From positions 1,152,001 to 1,216,000 of the forward strand of contig OY781092.1 of the NCBI GenBank assembly GCA_963676615.1: a stretch of DNA of 64,000 bases, written 5' to 3'. Of the stretch, positions 29,269 to 38,441 are shown one piece after another. The notes beneath the pieces were generated by a model. It saw only the letters and a list, made by a program, of their open reading frames with translations. It was not told where the DNA came from and did not search any database. The DNA comes from Candidatus Cloacimonadota bacterium. Lineage in GTDB: Bacteria; Cloacimonadota; Cloacimonadia; G963667145. The position numbers and the translations under genes were made by a program. Position 1 is the first letter of the stretch, and the number at the start of each line of letters is the position of its first letter.

Positions 29269-30268
29269 TATCTTTTCCTTTATATTCAAAAAAATCTCTA
29301 CTATACTTCACAATTCCAGACTGCGCACTTTTTGCGGCAAACTCAATGCCTTTGGCGATAGCCTCCTGACTGCTAGAGCCGTGCCCAATCACCGTAAGCC
29401 CTTGCAGCCCCATAAGTAGCGCTCCGCCATACACATCTGGACTCATCTTCCGCTTCAGCAAAGCAAAAACCGACTTCATCAGCACAGCCCCCACTTTGGA
29501 TAGCAAACTTTCCTTCACGCCTTTTTTCAGCAAACTAACGACAAACTTTGCCGTTCCTTCGGCTGTCTTCAAAAAGATATTCCCCGTAAAACCGTCACAA
29601 ACAACCACATCCACATCGCCATAAACCCTAGCAGGCTCTACATTTCCCACAAAATTAACCGACTTCTCTTTTTGCAGACTCTCGTGAACTTTGGTGTAAA
29701 GCTGCGAGCCTTTGCTGCTCTCTTCGCCGATATTCAGCAGCCCAACTCTGGGGCGATCAATATCAAAGCAAAAATGCGAATAAAGACTGCCCATCTGCGC
29801 AAACTGCACCAAAATCTCGGGCTTGCAATCTGCGTTCGCTCCCACATCCAGCACAATCTTGTCGGTCTTATTGCCGGGAAACAAAGTCGCAATCGCAGGC
29901 CGCAAAATCCCCTTGATTCTGCCATACACCAAAAGCGAAGCCGCCATCACCGCGCCAGTATTCCCCGCCGAAAAAACGGCGTCAACCTTGCGATGCTTAT
30001 ACAGCTCTAGCGCTCGCACCAGCGACGAATCTTTCTTTTTGCGAACGACCCGTGCGCCCTTGTCTTCCATCGTGATCACCTCTCGGGCGTCAACCACTTC
30101 GACCTTCGTTTCGTCGTAGTCGTATTTACGCAACTCTTTGGCAATCTCCTCCTGCCTACCCACTAGCACGATTTTGCCACAATAGCCTCTTTTCAGGGCT
30201 GTTATGCTACCGGCCACCTCGCAAACAGGAGCGAAATCTCCACCAAAAGCGTCTACAGCTACAATCAT
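29216..30268 (-). CDS. plsX: Phosphate acyltransferase PlsX
   Basis: DAFGGD, AGNTGA, LDVGAN, CDGFTGN; 3' end overlaps fabH. Confidence 0.95.
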   Translation of the reverse strand: MIVAVDAFGGDFAPVCEVAGSITALKRGYCGKIVLVGRQEEIAKELRKYDYDETKVEVVDAREVITMEDKGARVVRKKKDSSLVRALELYKHRKVDAVFSAGNTGAVMAASLLVYGRIKGILRPAIATLFPGNKTDKIVLDVGANADCKPEILVQFAQMGSLYSHFCFDIDRPRVGLLNIGEESSKGSQLYTKVHESLQKEKSVNFVGNVEPARVYGDVDVVVCDGFTGNIFLKTAEGTAKFVVSLLKKGVKESLLSKVGAVLMKSVFALLKRKMSPDVYGGALLMGLQGLTVIGHGSSSQEAIAKGIEFAAKSAQSGIVKYSRDFFEYKGKDNGKISSKIRRYWALCTG

Positions 30269-30291
30269 CTAACTACTTGAATTGTCGCCTT

Positions 30292-30474
30292 CTAAGCTTC
30301 CTTCACTTGCACAACTTCTTTACCGCCATAATAGCCACAGCTCGTGCAAATGTGATGCGGTCTCACTGTTGCCCCGCAATTCGAGCACTCCGAAATGCCC
30401 GGCAAAACAGCTTTATAATGAGTTCTTCTTTTTCTTTTTCTTTGCTTTGATGTTTTTCTCTTAGGTACAGCCAT
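30292..30474 (-). CDS. rpmF: 50S ribosomal protein L32
   Basis: [10 protein letters not shown], CxxC..CxxC. Confidence 0.97.
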   Translation of the reverse strand: MAVPKRKTSKQRKRKRRTHYKAVLPGISECSNCGATVRPHHICTSCGYYGGKEVVQVKEA

Positions 30475-30590
30475 CGTTAAATCTCCTATCTAAAATTTTT
30501 TCTTAAAGAATACAAAAATCCGCTCGCCGAGTATGTGTCAAGTTAAATCAATTGTAATAAGCGTCTTATATCCTTCGCCAAAATTTCAAA

Positions 30591-31901
30591 TTACATACTA
30601 TACTCAAAGCCAAAAGCCAGAATATCGTTCCTCTTGCCGTAAGTAACCTTGGAAGCGCCTTCGCCAGCAGAATCGTCCTCGTAAATACAAGACATAAACG
30701 ACAAATTCACGCTCATATTTTTGTTAATCAGGTAGCCAGCGCCGACAGTGTATGTGTTACAATCAAGCGGCGGGCTCATTTGCTCTGCCAAAGTGAAGTC
30801 CGAAGCTGGCAAATAGTTTTCTGTGCGCAAATAGCCCAAAGTTCCCCAAATTTTTTCGGTAAAGTTATATCTTGTCGAAAAAGCCAAATCGTGCGAGTTG
30901 CTAGAAACTTTTTGTTCGACACCTTCCCAGTTAGCATCTTTTTCGAAATAGTAGGTGAAAGCTGTGGCAAAGCTCCACTTGTCGTCCAGCTTGTAATTCG
31001 CTCCAAATCCCAAAAGAGCAGGCAAATCACGGCGATATTTTCCGTCGTCCTCTTTTCCGCTAGAAGCCAAAACTTGCTTTCCAAGCTCGTTAGACTTATC
31101 TTTCAGCTTGAACTTCAAATCCACTTTGCTCTCGTAACGAAGCGCCAAGCGCAAAGGCTTAATCGGCACATAATTCACGCTGGCAACACCGCCAACACCT
31201 TGGGCTGTCTCGTCATATTTCAAAGACATATGCTGAACATCTTGCTTATTTCCTGCAACATCTGGAGTAAAATCGCAGCTTGCATCGATACTTTTATCCG
31301 CATAAATATAGCGAGCTCCCGCAGCTACCGAAACTTGCTCGTTCACCTGATAAGAGCCACCAGCAGCAAAAGTATAGTAAACGCTCACAGCTTGGGCATT
31401 ATCGTCTTCAAAAGCCACAGTCACCGCACTCTCAGGGGCACCAGCCTTTGCAGCCACCGCAGCTTTCAGCTTAGAAGCAAAATTAGCACCCAGACCATAA
31501 GTTGTTGCGTTTCCGTCTTTATAATCGACAGTTCCACCACCGCCACTGACCGTAAAGCAGCCAAAAGCGCCCCAGTTATCTTTTTTGTAAGTCGCAAAAA
31601 TATTCGGAATCGGTGACGGCGCATTTTGGTCTTTGGTCACCTCTTTGCCCTCGCGCGTGTCGTAATAGGTGTGTTCATATTTCTTGAAAATATATTGCAA
31701 ATCGAAACTCCCGCTAAAGCCCTCATCGCCAAACATAATCCCCGCAGGATTAAAAGCTGCCATATCCGCTCCGTCCACAGCGCCGTTCCTCGTCGGCTCA
31801 CCAATATAGCGAGAACCCCAGTTCTGTTTGTTGTCGATACCGCCCGCCAAAAGCTGCCCAGCGACCATCACCGACAAAACGATTCCTAAAATCTTTTTCA
31901 T
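30591..31901 (-). CDS. OmpP1/FadL-family outer-membrane transporter
   Basis: Signal peptide, FNPAG hatch motif, beta-strand pattern with aromatic C-terminal strand. Confidence 0.75.
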   Translation of the reverse strand: MKKILGIVLSVMVAGQLLAGGIDNKQNWGSRYIGEPTRNGAVDGADMAAFNPAGIMFGDEGFSGSFDLQYIFKKYEHTYYDTREGKEVTKDQNAPSPIPNIFATYKKDNWGAFGCFTVSGGGGTVDYKDGNATTYGLGANFASKLKAAVAAKAGAPESAVTVAFEDDNAQAVSVYYTFAAGGSYQVNEQVSVAAGARYIYADKSIDASCDFTPDVAGNKQDVQHMSLKYDETAQGVGGVASVNYVPIKPLRLALRYESKVDLKFKLKDKSNELGKQVLASSGKEDDGKYRRDLPALLGFGANYKLDDKWSFATAFTYYFEKDANWEGVEQKVSSNSHDLAFSTRYNFTEKIWGTLGYLRTENYLPASDFTLAEQMSPPLDCNTYTVGAGYLINKNMSVNLSFMSCIYEDDSAGEGASKVTYGKRNDILAFGFEYSM

Positions 31902-32065
31902 TATTTTCTCCTAAATTTCGTTTTCACTTTTTTTTACCACTTTGATTGTTGACCCACACTTTTTTTTCAGAAATTTATGTCAAAACCAATTACAACTAAA
32001 AACAAAAACAAACCAATCGGTAGGTTTTACATATAAAAAAGCCCTAATTCTTTCTAAATGAACAC

Positions 32066-32098
32066 AAAAAAAAACGCCCCTTCAAAAAAAAAGAGGCG
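32066..32098 (-). terminator. Intrinsic terminator
   Basis: CGCC/GGCG stem with an A9 tract on +. Confidence 0.55.
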
Positions 32099-32117
32099 CT
32101 TAATTTTCTAGCCAAAC

Positions 32118-32489
32118 CTAATCACAGCAGCCTTTGCTGCCTTTGCAAGAGCTCTCGGGGACAATCTCCGCCATTCCCACTTGGTTAAACTCCACAATAT
32201 TCTCTGCCACAGTTCCCGCAACGCCTTTGTAAACCTTGATACCCACTGCGTTGAACTTCGTCACGGCGGCGGCTCCTATTGCACAAACCACCAGCGCATC
32301 GATTTTTGTCTCCTGAAATGACGCCAGCGGGTCGCACTGCTCCCGCTCGTGCTCCAAATCTTTGTTCTCAAGCGCCACAAACTCCTTGCTACTATCGTCG
32401 TAAACAATATAAAACGGCGCCGCACCAAAATGACTGCGCATCACGCTCTTTTCTGCGTTGCAGTTATCAACAGGGAAACAGATTTTCAT
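32118..32489 (-). CDS. NifB/NifX-family (FeMo-co binding fold) small protein
   Basis: MKICFPV..HFGAAPFY..IG..GIKVY, Cys-rich tail. Confidence 0.85.
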   Translation of the reverse strand: MKICFPVDNCNAEKSVMRSHFGAAPFYIVYDDSSKEFVALENKDLEHEREQCDPLASFQETKIDALVVCAIGAAAVTKFNAVGIKVYKGVAGTVAENIVEFNQVGMAEIVPESSCKGSKGCCD

Positions 32490-32702
32490 ACTTCCTCCTT
32501 GAAAATCACTCTAAATTCTATCGAAGCAAAAATTGCACCCACAAAAAATAAAGTCAAGAAAAAAAGATTATGCAACTGCTCAAAAACCACGGGAAATAAA
32601 ACATTTTTTCCCCTTCTGAAAACAACAAAATTTTTCATTGACATTCATTACCACTTTTCTACAATTTGAGTGTTAATTTATTTATAAACAAAGGAGTTAG
32701 TT

Positions 32703-34181
32703 TTGACCCCTGACACCATCATCTCTTTATCAATAGTTATTTTATTTCTCATCGGCATAATCTTTGTCGGCAAAATCGCATCGAAAAAAATCGACAGCAC
32801 AGAAGACTACCTCGTGGCAAACCGCAAAGCTCCTTTGTATCTCATCATTGGCACACTTTTCGCTACTTTTTGGGGAGGAGGCACAATCATCGGCGCTGCT
32901 GGATCGGCTTTTGAGGGAGGACTTTACAATGTAATAGGCGACCCTTTTGCCGCAGGTCTTTCTCTTGTGCTTATCGGGCTCTTTTTTGTAAAAACTATGC
33001 GAAACCTAAAAATTCGCTCCCTTGGAGAGTTATATAACTTCCGCTTCGGCAAAACAACGGGCTATTTCGCCTCTGCTGTTATGATTCCCACCTACATAAT
33101 TTGGACAAGCGTGCAACTACTGGCCATCGGCAAAATTTTAAATATCTTGCTGGGAATTAATTTTGCCACAGCTTTTTTAGTTGCCACTGCTGTCGTTGTT
33201 TGCTTCACCTACATGGGCGGCATCGTTGCCGTCATCTGGACAGACCTTATCCAAATGATTATTATCCTCATCGGTCTTGTTGTCATTGTTTTTGTCAGCA
33301 TTAACGCTATCGGAGGCATTGGCGAGCTAAACGCTCACACTCCTGAAAACTTTTGGCAATTTATTCCTCAAAAAAAAGGGATTATGCCTTGGATAACTTA
33401 TCTGGCGATGTGGGCAGGAATGGCTCTAGGCAACATACCAAGTCCAGATATCGCTCAACGAGCCTTTATCGCCAAAGACATTAAAACTGCAAAAAAAGGA
33501 ATGATAATAGCAGGTTTTCTCTATTGGACTATCGGGTTTGTCCCCATTCTGCTTGCACTTATTGCCATTATTTTCACATCTAAGGGTTTCATTTCGGAAG
33601 CGTTAATCGCAAAAGACAGCGAACTTCTAGTTCCAATTTTAGCACAAAAACTTTTTGGTCCAGTAGGTCTTGGAATATTCATTGCATCGCTGGTCGCTGC
33701 GATTTTATCCAGTGCCAGCACCTCTCTATTTGCTACAGCAGTGCTTTTTTCCAACGATATTTTCCGCCCTCTTTTCGAAAAAAAAATGACCAAAGAAAAA
33801 CTAGAAAAGAAAATGCTCGGAGCAACTAAACTTTTTGTTCTGATTGTCGGCATTTTAGCTGCAATTTTTGGACTTTCTTCCAACAGCATCTACGATTTAA
33901 CCATTTTTGCCTTCACCCTGCAGTTTGGTGCCCTCTTTTTCCCTTTTGTTTTTGCTCTTAAACTAAAATTTGTTACATCTCAAGGGATAATTGCTGGAAT
34001 GCTTACAGGCATCAGCATAAATTTAGTTGGCTCAATCATAGAAAAAAGTGTTATTCCTGAGCCTTGGGAGTTTTATACGCTCGTTCCAGCCATCGCGAAT
34101 ATGATAGTTATCCTCGTTGTTTCAATTTTCACCAAAAACAAAGGAAAAGGAAGACCATTATCTGAACTGTATTTTCCCTAA
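32703..34181 (+). CDS. Sodium:solute symporter family protein
   Basis: DYLVANR, GGGTIIG, YMGG..WTD, QRAF; AAGGAG RBS; TTGACA-N16-TACAAT at 32638-32665. Confidence 0.92.
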   Translation: MTPDTIISLSIVILFLIGIIFVGKIASKKIDSTEDYLVANRKAPLYLIIGTLFATFWGGGTIIGAAGSAFEGGLYNVIGDPFAAGLSLVLIGLFFVKTMRNLKIRSLGELYNFRFGKTTGYFASAVMIPTYIIWTSVQLLAIGKILNILLGINFATAFLVATAVVVCFTYMGGIVAVIWTDLIQMIIILIGLVVIVFVSINAIGGIGELNAHTPENFWQFIPQKKGIMPWITYLAMWAGMALGNIPSPDIAQRAFIAKDIKTAKKGMIIAGFLYWTIGFVPILLALIAIIFTSKGFISEALIAKDSELLVPILAQKLFGPVGLGIFIASLVAAILSSASTSLFATAVLFSNDIFRPLFEKKMTKEKLEKKMLGATKLFVLIVGILAAIFGLSSNSIYDLTIFAFTLQFGALFFPFVFALKLKFVTSQGIIAGMLTGISINLVGSIIEKSVIPEPWEFYTLVPAIANMIVILVVSIFTKNKGKGRPLSELYFP

Positions 34182-34187
34182 TTAAAA

Positions 34188-34667
34188 TCACTTGAAGTCG
34201 CTTCTAACAGGCATCCAACTATCTATGTTATAAATAATTTTAGGAATTATAAAAAAATTAACCACTTTTACACCCTCTGTATTCACCAGTGTTTCATTGA
34301 TAAAATCATACATTTGGTTATTATCTAAAAACCGAGTCTCAATAGCAAGATTTGCTTCTCCCCAACCAGAAGCAATATAACAAACATTCGGGTTTTGCTT
34401 ACAAAATTCCACAAAATCGTCATAAACATCTTCCTCAACTTTAAGATTGATGTCGGCAATTGAATGGTAATCAAACATACTCGGCTCGACAATCGTAGCA
34501 ATCCGAATAGCCTTAGATTCAAGAAGCTTATTTATTCTGCGATTTACAGTTCGCTCATTTGCTCCTATATTTTGAGCAACCTTCGCCGCCGACGCTCTTG
34601 CATCACGAGAAAGTTCTTTTATAATCTTGTAATCCAATTTATCAAAAATCTTTTTCTTCTCAATCAT
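34188..34667 (-). CDS. Lrp/AsnC family regulator
   Basis: DKLDYKIIKELSRDAR HTH plus RAM-like domain. Confidence 0.9.
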   Translation of the reverse strand: MIEKKKIFDKLDYKIIKELSRDARASAAKVAQNIGANERTVNRRINKLLESKAIRIATIVEPSMFDYHSIADINLKVEEDVYDDFVEFCKQNPNVCYIASGWGEANLAIETRFLDNNQMYDFINETLVNTEGVKVVNFFIIPKIIYNIDSWMPVRSDFK

Positions 34668-34700
34668 AATCAGTTCCAAATCAACAAAATATTTTGTAAT

Positions 34701-34747
34701 AAAAAGCAGACCTGCCGACTAAAAAATCAGAAAGCAAATCTGCTTTT
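34701..34747 (-). terminator. Hairpin/terminator after the APC permease
   Basis: AAAAGCAGA/TCTGCTTTT inverted repeat. Confidence 0.55.
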
Positions 34748-34772
34748 CACCAGTATTTTGACTAAAAAAACA

Positions 34773-36128
34773 CTATTTTTTCATACTTCTTGCATACAAA
34801 TACATACCATACAATGTTGTCAAGATTGTTCCTATTATCAAAGTTAAGTGATACAGAGAATCGAAACCTTCTCCTGTATAAAACAGCAAAACTATTCCCA
34901 AAGCAATAAACAAAAAGCCTATTACTCCCGAAACAACGATTCCAAAATTACCGAATGGGATTTTATAAGGTCTTGGAACATCTATGTCTTTAAATCTCAA
35001 TTTTATAGCAGCTGGAAATAACCACAAATATGGCAAAAAGAAAACTAAAAAACTAAAAGAAAGAATTGTCCAAAAAGCCTCGTTTGCGCTGCCACTAAGC
35101 ACAAAATTCAAAATTATCAAAACCGTAGAAATCACTCCCATAAGAATATATGAATAGTCTGGCGTCCCATACTTTGAATGCCGATGTCCAAGCATTTTTG
35201 TTTTAGATGCAAACTCCGCCTCGTCCAACACCTCAACCCCGCCTAGAGTCCAAGAAATCATATTGGCAACTAAAGTAAAACAGGAAAGCAAAATTATCAG
35301 GTAAAATGCAGGCATTTGCAAAGGTCCCAGGACAGAGGTCAGCACCTTAATCGCCACAAAAAAACCGTCCAAAGGATCTATCGCCTCGGCCGGCAAAGCG
35401 ACTAAAACGCCAAAAGTTCCGATGATATACAATGTAGCGATGAGTAATCCTGCTAAAATTGTCATTTTGGGGATATTTGTTTTGGGATTGTCAACTTTTG
35501 ATGCTATTGAGCTAATAAGCTCAAAACCCAGCAAATTATAAACAATTGCGGAACTGTAAGAGATTGTATTAAAGTCGATAGAAAGCTTAAAATTGCTCAA
35601 AGCAAACGAATTAGCTGCCCCAAATTTAAACAGGTAAATAACTCCAAGCAAACCAAAGATTAACAACACAGAAACTTTGGTAATTGCCGCAATATTAGTT
35701 ACGGTGATGCTAAGATCTACGCCTCTTATTCCGATAAAAACCACCAACCAGCACATCGCAATGGAGATTAGAGCTTGCCACCAAAGGCTTATCTCGGGAG
35801 CGCACGCCATTGTAAACCAAGTTGTAAAAGCGATAAAAACTGCAGGCATCCAAAAAGCAACATTCACCCAATAAAACCACGCGACCAAACTTGCCTGAAA
35901 ATCTCCAAAAGCCCTTTTCACCCAAGCATAAATTCCGCCATCATCTGGATAAGCAGCTCCCAACTCTGCGTTTATAAGCCCATAAGGAACAAAAAATAGT
36001 ATTGCCGTCAAAAGCCAAACCGTAATCGAAGAGACTCCCATAGCAGCTGGAGCCACAAAAGTATCCAAAACGACAATTCCACAAACAGTAAAGGAAATCA
36101 TCTTAAATAAGCTAACCTTCTTTTCCAT
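34773..36128 (-). CDS. aguD: APC permease, probable agmatine/putrescine antiporter
   Basis: About 12 TM, AELG..YP.DGGIYAWV, GFEL; located in the agu operon. Confidence 0.85.
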   Translation of the reverse strand: MEKKVSLFKMISFTVCGIVVLDTFVAPAAMGVSSITVWLLTAILFFVPYGLINAELGAAYPDDGGIYAWVKRAFGDFQASLVAWFYWVNVAFWMPAVFIAFTTWFTMACAPEISLWWQALISIAMCWLVVFIGIRGVDLSITVTNIAAITKVSVLLIFGLLGVIYLFKFGAANSFALSNFKLSIDFNTISYSSAIVYNLLGFELISSIASKVDNPKTNIPKMTILAGLLIATLYIIGTFGVLVALPAEAIDPLDGFFVAIKVLTSVLGPLQMPAFYLIILLSCFTLVANMISWTLGGVEVLDEAEFASKTKMLGHRHSKYGTPDYSYILMGVISTVLIILNFVLSGSANEAFWTILSFSFLVFFLPYLWLFPAAIKLRFKDIDVPRPYKIPFGNFGIVVSGVIGFLFIALGIVLLFYTGEGFDSLYHLTLIIGTILTTLYGMYLYARSMKK

Positions 36129-36143
36129 TTTTACCTCCGTAAT

Positions 36144-37241
36144 TTATTTGGGTTGCTGCTGAGTAATGCAGTGAATATTACCGCCACCCAACAATATCTC
36201 GCGAGCGTAAATGCCCACTATTTCTCTTTCTGGAAAAACTTTTTGCAAAGTATCTCTCGCCATTTTGTCATAAACTGGATCGTCAAAAATCGGCAAAATC
36301 ACAGCATTATTTGCAATATAAAAATTAGCGTAAGAAGCTGCTTGACGATCTCCTTCTTCCCTTGGTAAAGTTCCAGCAACGCTATCCACCCCTTGGCTTT
36401 CCTCTTTGGTAATCTCAATAGGAGATGGCGTATGCAATTTAAAAATCTCCAGCTTGCGCCCTTTGGCGTCGGTCTCTTTGCTAAGAATATCATAAGCAGC
36501 CTTGGACATTGCATACTGCGGATCTTTTTCGTCATCAGTCCACGCCAAAACAATTTTCCCCGGTGCACAATAGTGCAAAATATTATCCACATGCTCATTG
36601 GTTTCATCCAAATAAATGCCTTGCGGTATCCAAATTATTTTTTCTATATTCAAATACTCTTTAAGCGTCTCTTCGATCTGCTTTTTGCTCAAAGAAGAAT
36701 TGCGCCCCTCACTGAGAAGACAGGCTTCAGTTGTTATCAGAGTCCCTTCTCCATCCACATGAATGGAGCCCCCCTCCAAAACAAAGCTTTCCAAAGAGTA
36801 ATAATCTTTCCGCTCTATCTCACAAACTTTTTGCGCAACTTGGTCATCTTTGTCCCACGGAAAATAAAGTCCATCTACCAAACCTCCCCAAGCGTTAAAT
36901 CTCCAGTCAATTCCTCGAACTTCTCCGTTACCATTTACAACAAAAGTTGGTCCGCAATCTCGCATCCAAGAATCATCATTTGACATCTCTACAACCCTAA
37001 CACTTGATCCCAAAACTTGCCTTGCTGCCCGATACTGCGCCGCCGAAACACACATCGTTACAGGCTCAAACTGCGCTATAGCCTCTGCCACTATCTTAAA
37101 AGCCTTTTGAGCAGGCTTAGCCCCTAATCTCCAATTGTCTGTTCTCTCTGGCCAGATCATCCAACATCCTGCGTGTGGCTCAAACTCTCCTGGCATTCTA
37201 AATCCGTCTTTTCTAGGCGTAGAATCTATCCGCTTTGACAT
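36144..37241 (-). CDS. aguA: Agmatine deiminase
   Basis: [41 protein letters not shown]. Confidence 0.97.
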   Translation of the reverse strand: MSKRIDSTPRKDGFRMPGEFEPHAGCWMIWPERTDNWRLGAKPAQKAFKIVAEAIAQFEPVTMCVSAAQYRAARQVLGSSVRVVEMSNDDSWMRDCGPTFVVNGNGEVRGIDWRFNAWGGLVDGLYFPWDKDDQVAQKVCEIERKDYYSLESFVLEGGSIHVDGEGTLITTEACLLSEGRNSSLSKKQIEETLKEYLNIEKIIWIPQGIYLDETNEHVDNILHYCAPGKIVLAWTDDEKDPQYAMSKAAYDILSKETDAKGRKLEIFKLHTPSPIEITKEESQGVDSVAGTLPREEGDRQAASYANFYIANNAVILPIFDDPVYDKMARDTLQKVFPEREIVGIYAREILLGGGNIHCITQQQPK

Positions 37242-37253
37242 AGCTTCACTCCC

Positions 37254-38303
37254 TTATTCTAAATTTTTCAAAAAAACTTCTATCTTTCTCTCGTGATTTT
37301 TTTTCGTTCCCTCCGAAGGGTTTTTCGCAAACTTATGCGTAAAATAAACCAAAATTGCCATCTGAGCCGTAAGCCTATTTTCTGCCTCATCAAAAGCTAC
37401 ACAATACTCTCCTTCCAAGGCCTCTCTTGTAATTTCTTCCTTATCGTTAGCAGGCAAACAATGCAAAAGCAAAGCCCCAGAAGCTGCTTTTTTCATCAAA
37501 CTATCTGTAATGACATAATCCGGCATAAAAGCTGCAAGTCGCTCCTCTTTTTCATCCAATTGAGTCGTCCAATAAAAACTGTCACCATACACCACATTAC
37601 ACTCAGCTATTTTCCCCACATCATCTGTTACCTCATACGAAGCTCCCGTCTCCGCACAGTTTTTATCAGCTAAAATCAACCACTCTTTTTGCATCTGATA
37701 TTTTTTCGGACCTATCTGTTTAAAATTCATCCCATACTTAGTGCAGGTGAGCAAAAGCGACCGACAAACATCCGTCGCATCACCCATAAAAGCCAAAGTT
37801 ACATCAGACAAACTCATCCCTTTAGGCAAATGCTCTTGAATAGTAAAAATATCCGCCAGCATCTGCGTTGGATGATACACACAATCTAGCCCATTGATTA
37901 CAGGAACCGTCGCATATTTTGCCAGAGCCGCTGTTGTTTCTCCGCTATTGGTGCGCGCCATAATAATATCACACATTCTGGACAAAACTCTTGCCGTATC
38001 CTCAATCGACTCCTTTCCTCCAAGATGAATATCTTTTGGCGAAAGAAAAAGAGCGTGGCCTCCCAAAAGCTCTGCTGCCACTTCAAAAGAAACTCTTGTC
38101 CGTGTCGAACCAGCCTCAAAAATCATTGCCAAAGACTTGTTCTTAAAAAGCTGAGGGACAAATCCGTCCCGACGAGCATTTTTCAAAAGCGTCATCAGCT
38201 CCAACATATCGTCGATTTCTTTTCTCGAAAAATCGTTCATTGTAATCATATGCTTCAGACCTTTTTTATTAAGATCGGTAGCACTAGAAGATGGAAGTTT
38301 CAT
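37254..38303 (-). CDS. ptcA: Putrescine carbamoyltransferase
   Basis: STRTRVSF, HPTQ, HCLP plus a C-terminal extension; adjacent to aguA. Confidence 0.85.
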   Translation of the reverse strand: MKLPSSSATDLNKKGLKHMITMNDFSRKEIDDMLELMTLLKNARRDGFVPQLFKNKSLAMIFEAGSTRTRVSFEVAAELLGGHALFLSPKDIHLGGKESIEDTARVLSRMCDIIMARTNSGETTAALAKYATVPVINGLDCVYHPTQMLADIFTIQEHLPKGMSLSDVTLAFMGDATDVCRSLLLTCTKYGMNFKQIGPKKYQMQKEWLILADKNCAETGASYEVTDDVGKIAECNVVYGDSFYWTTQLDEKEERLAAFMPDYVITDSLMKKAASGALLLHCLPANDKEEITREALEGEYCVAFDEAENRLTAQMAILVYFTHKFAKNPSEGTKKNHERKIEVFLKNLE

Positions 38304-38441
38304 TTTTTTCTCCTTTTTTCTTTCATTATTGTCCAATTAGACAAAACTTTCGGCAAACTGTCAAATACTTTTTGTCTTTTACAGTCTTCTCTGTGTCTGA
38401 TTAAGCCAAAAGCACAAAAAGATAAATTCCGAAAAAACTCC

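Noticed and set aside
32118..32489. NifX-like gene as evidence of nitrogen fixation
   Set aside because: Standalone members are common in non-diazotrophic anaerobes and no nif genes are present in the window.
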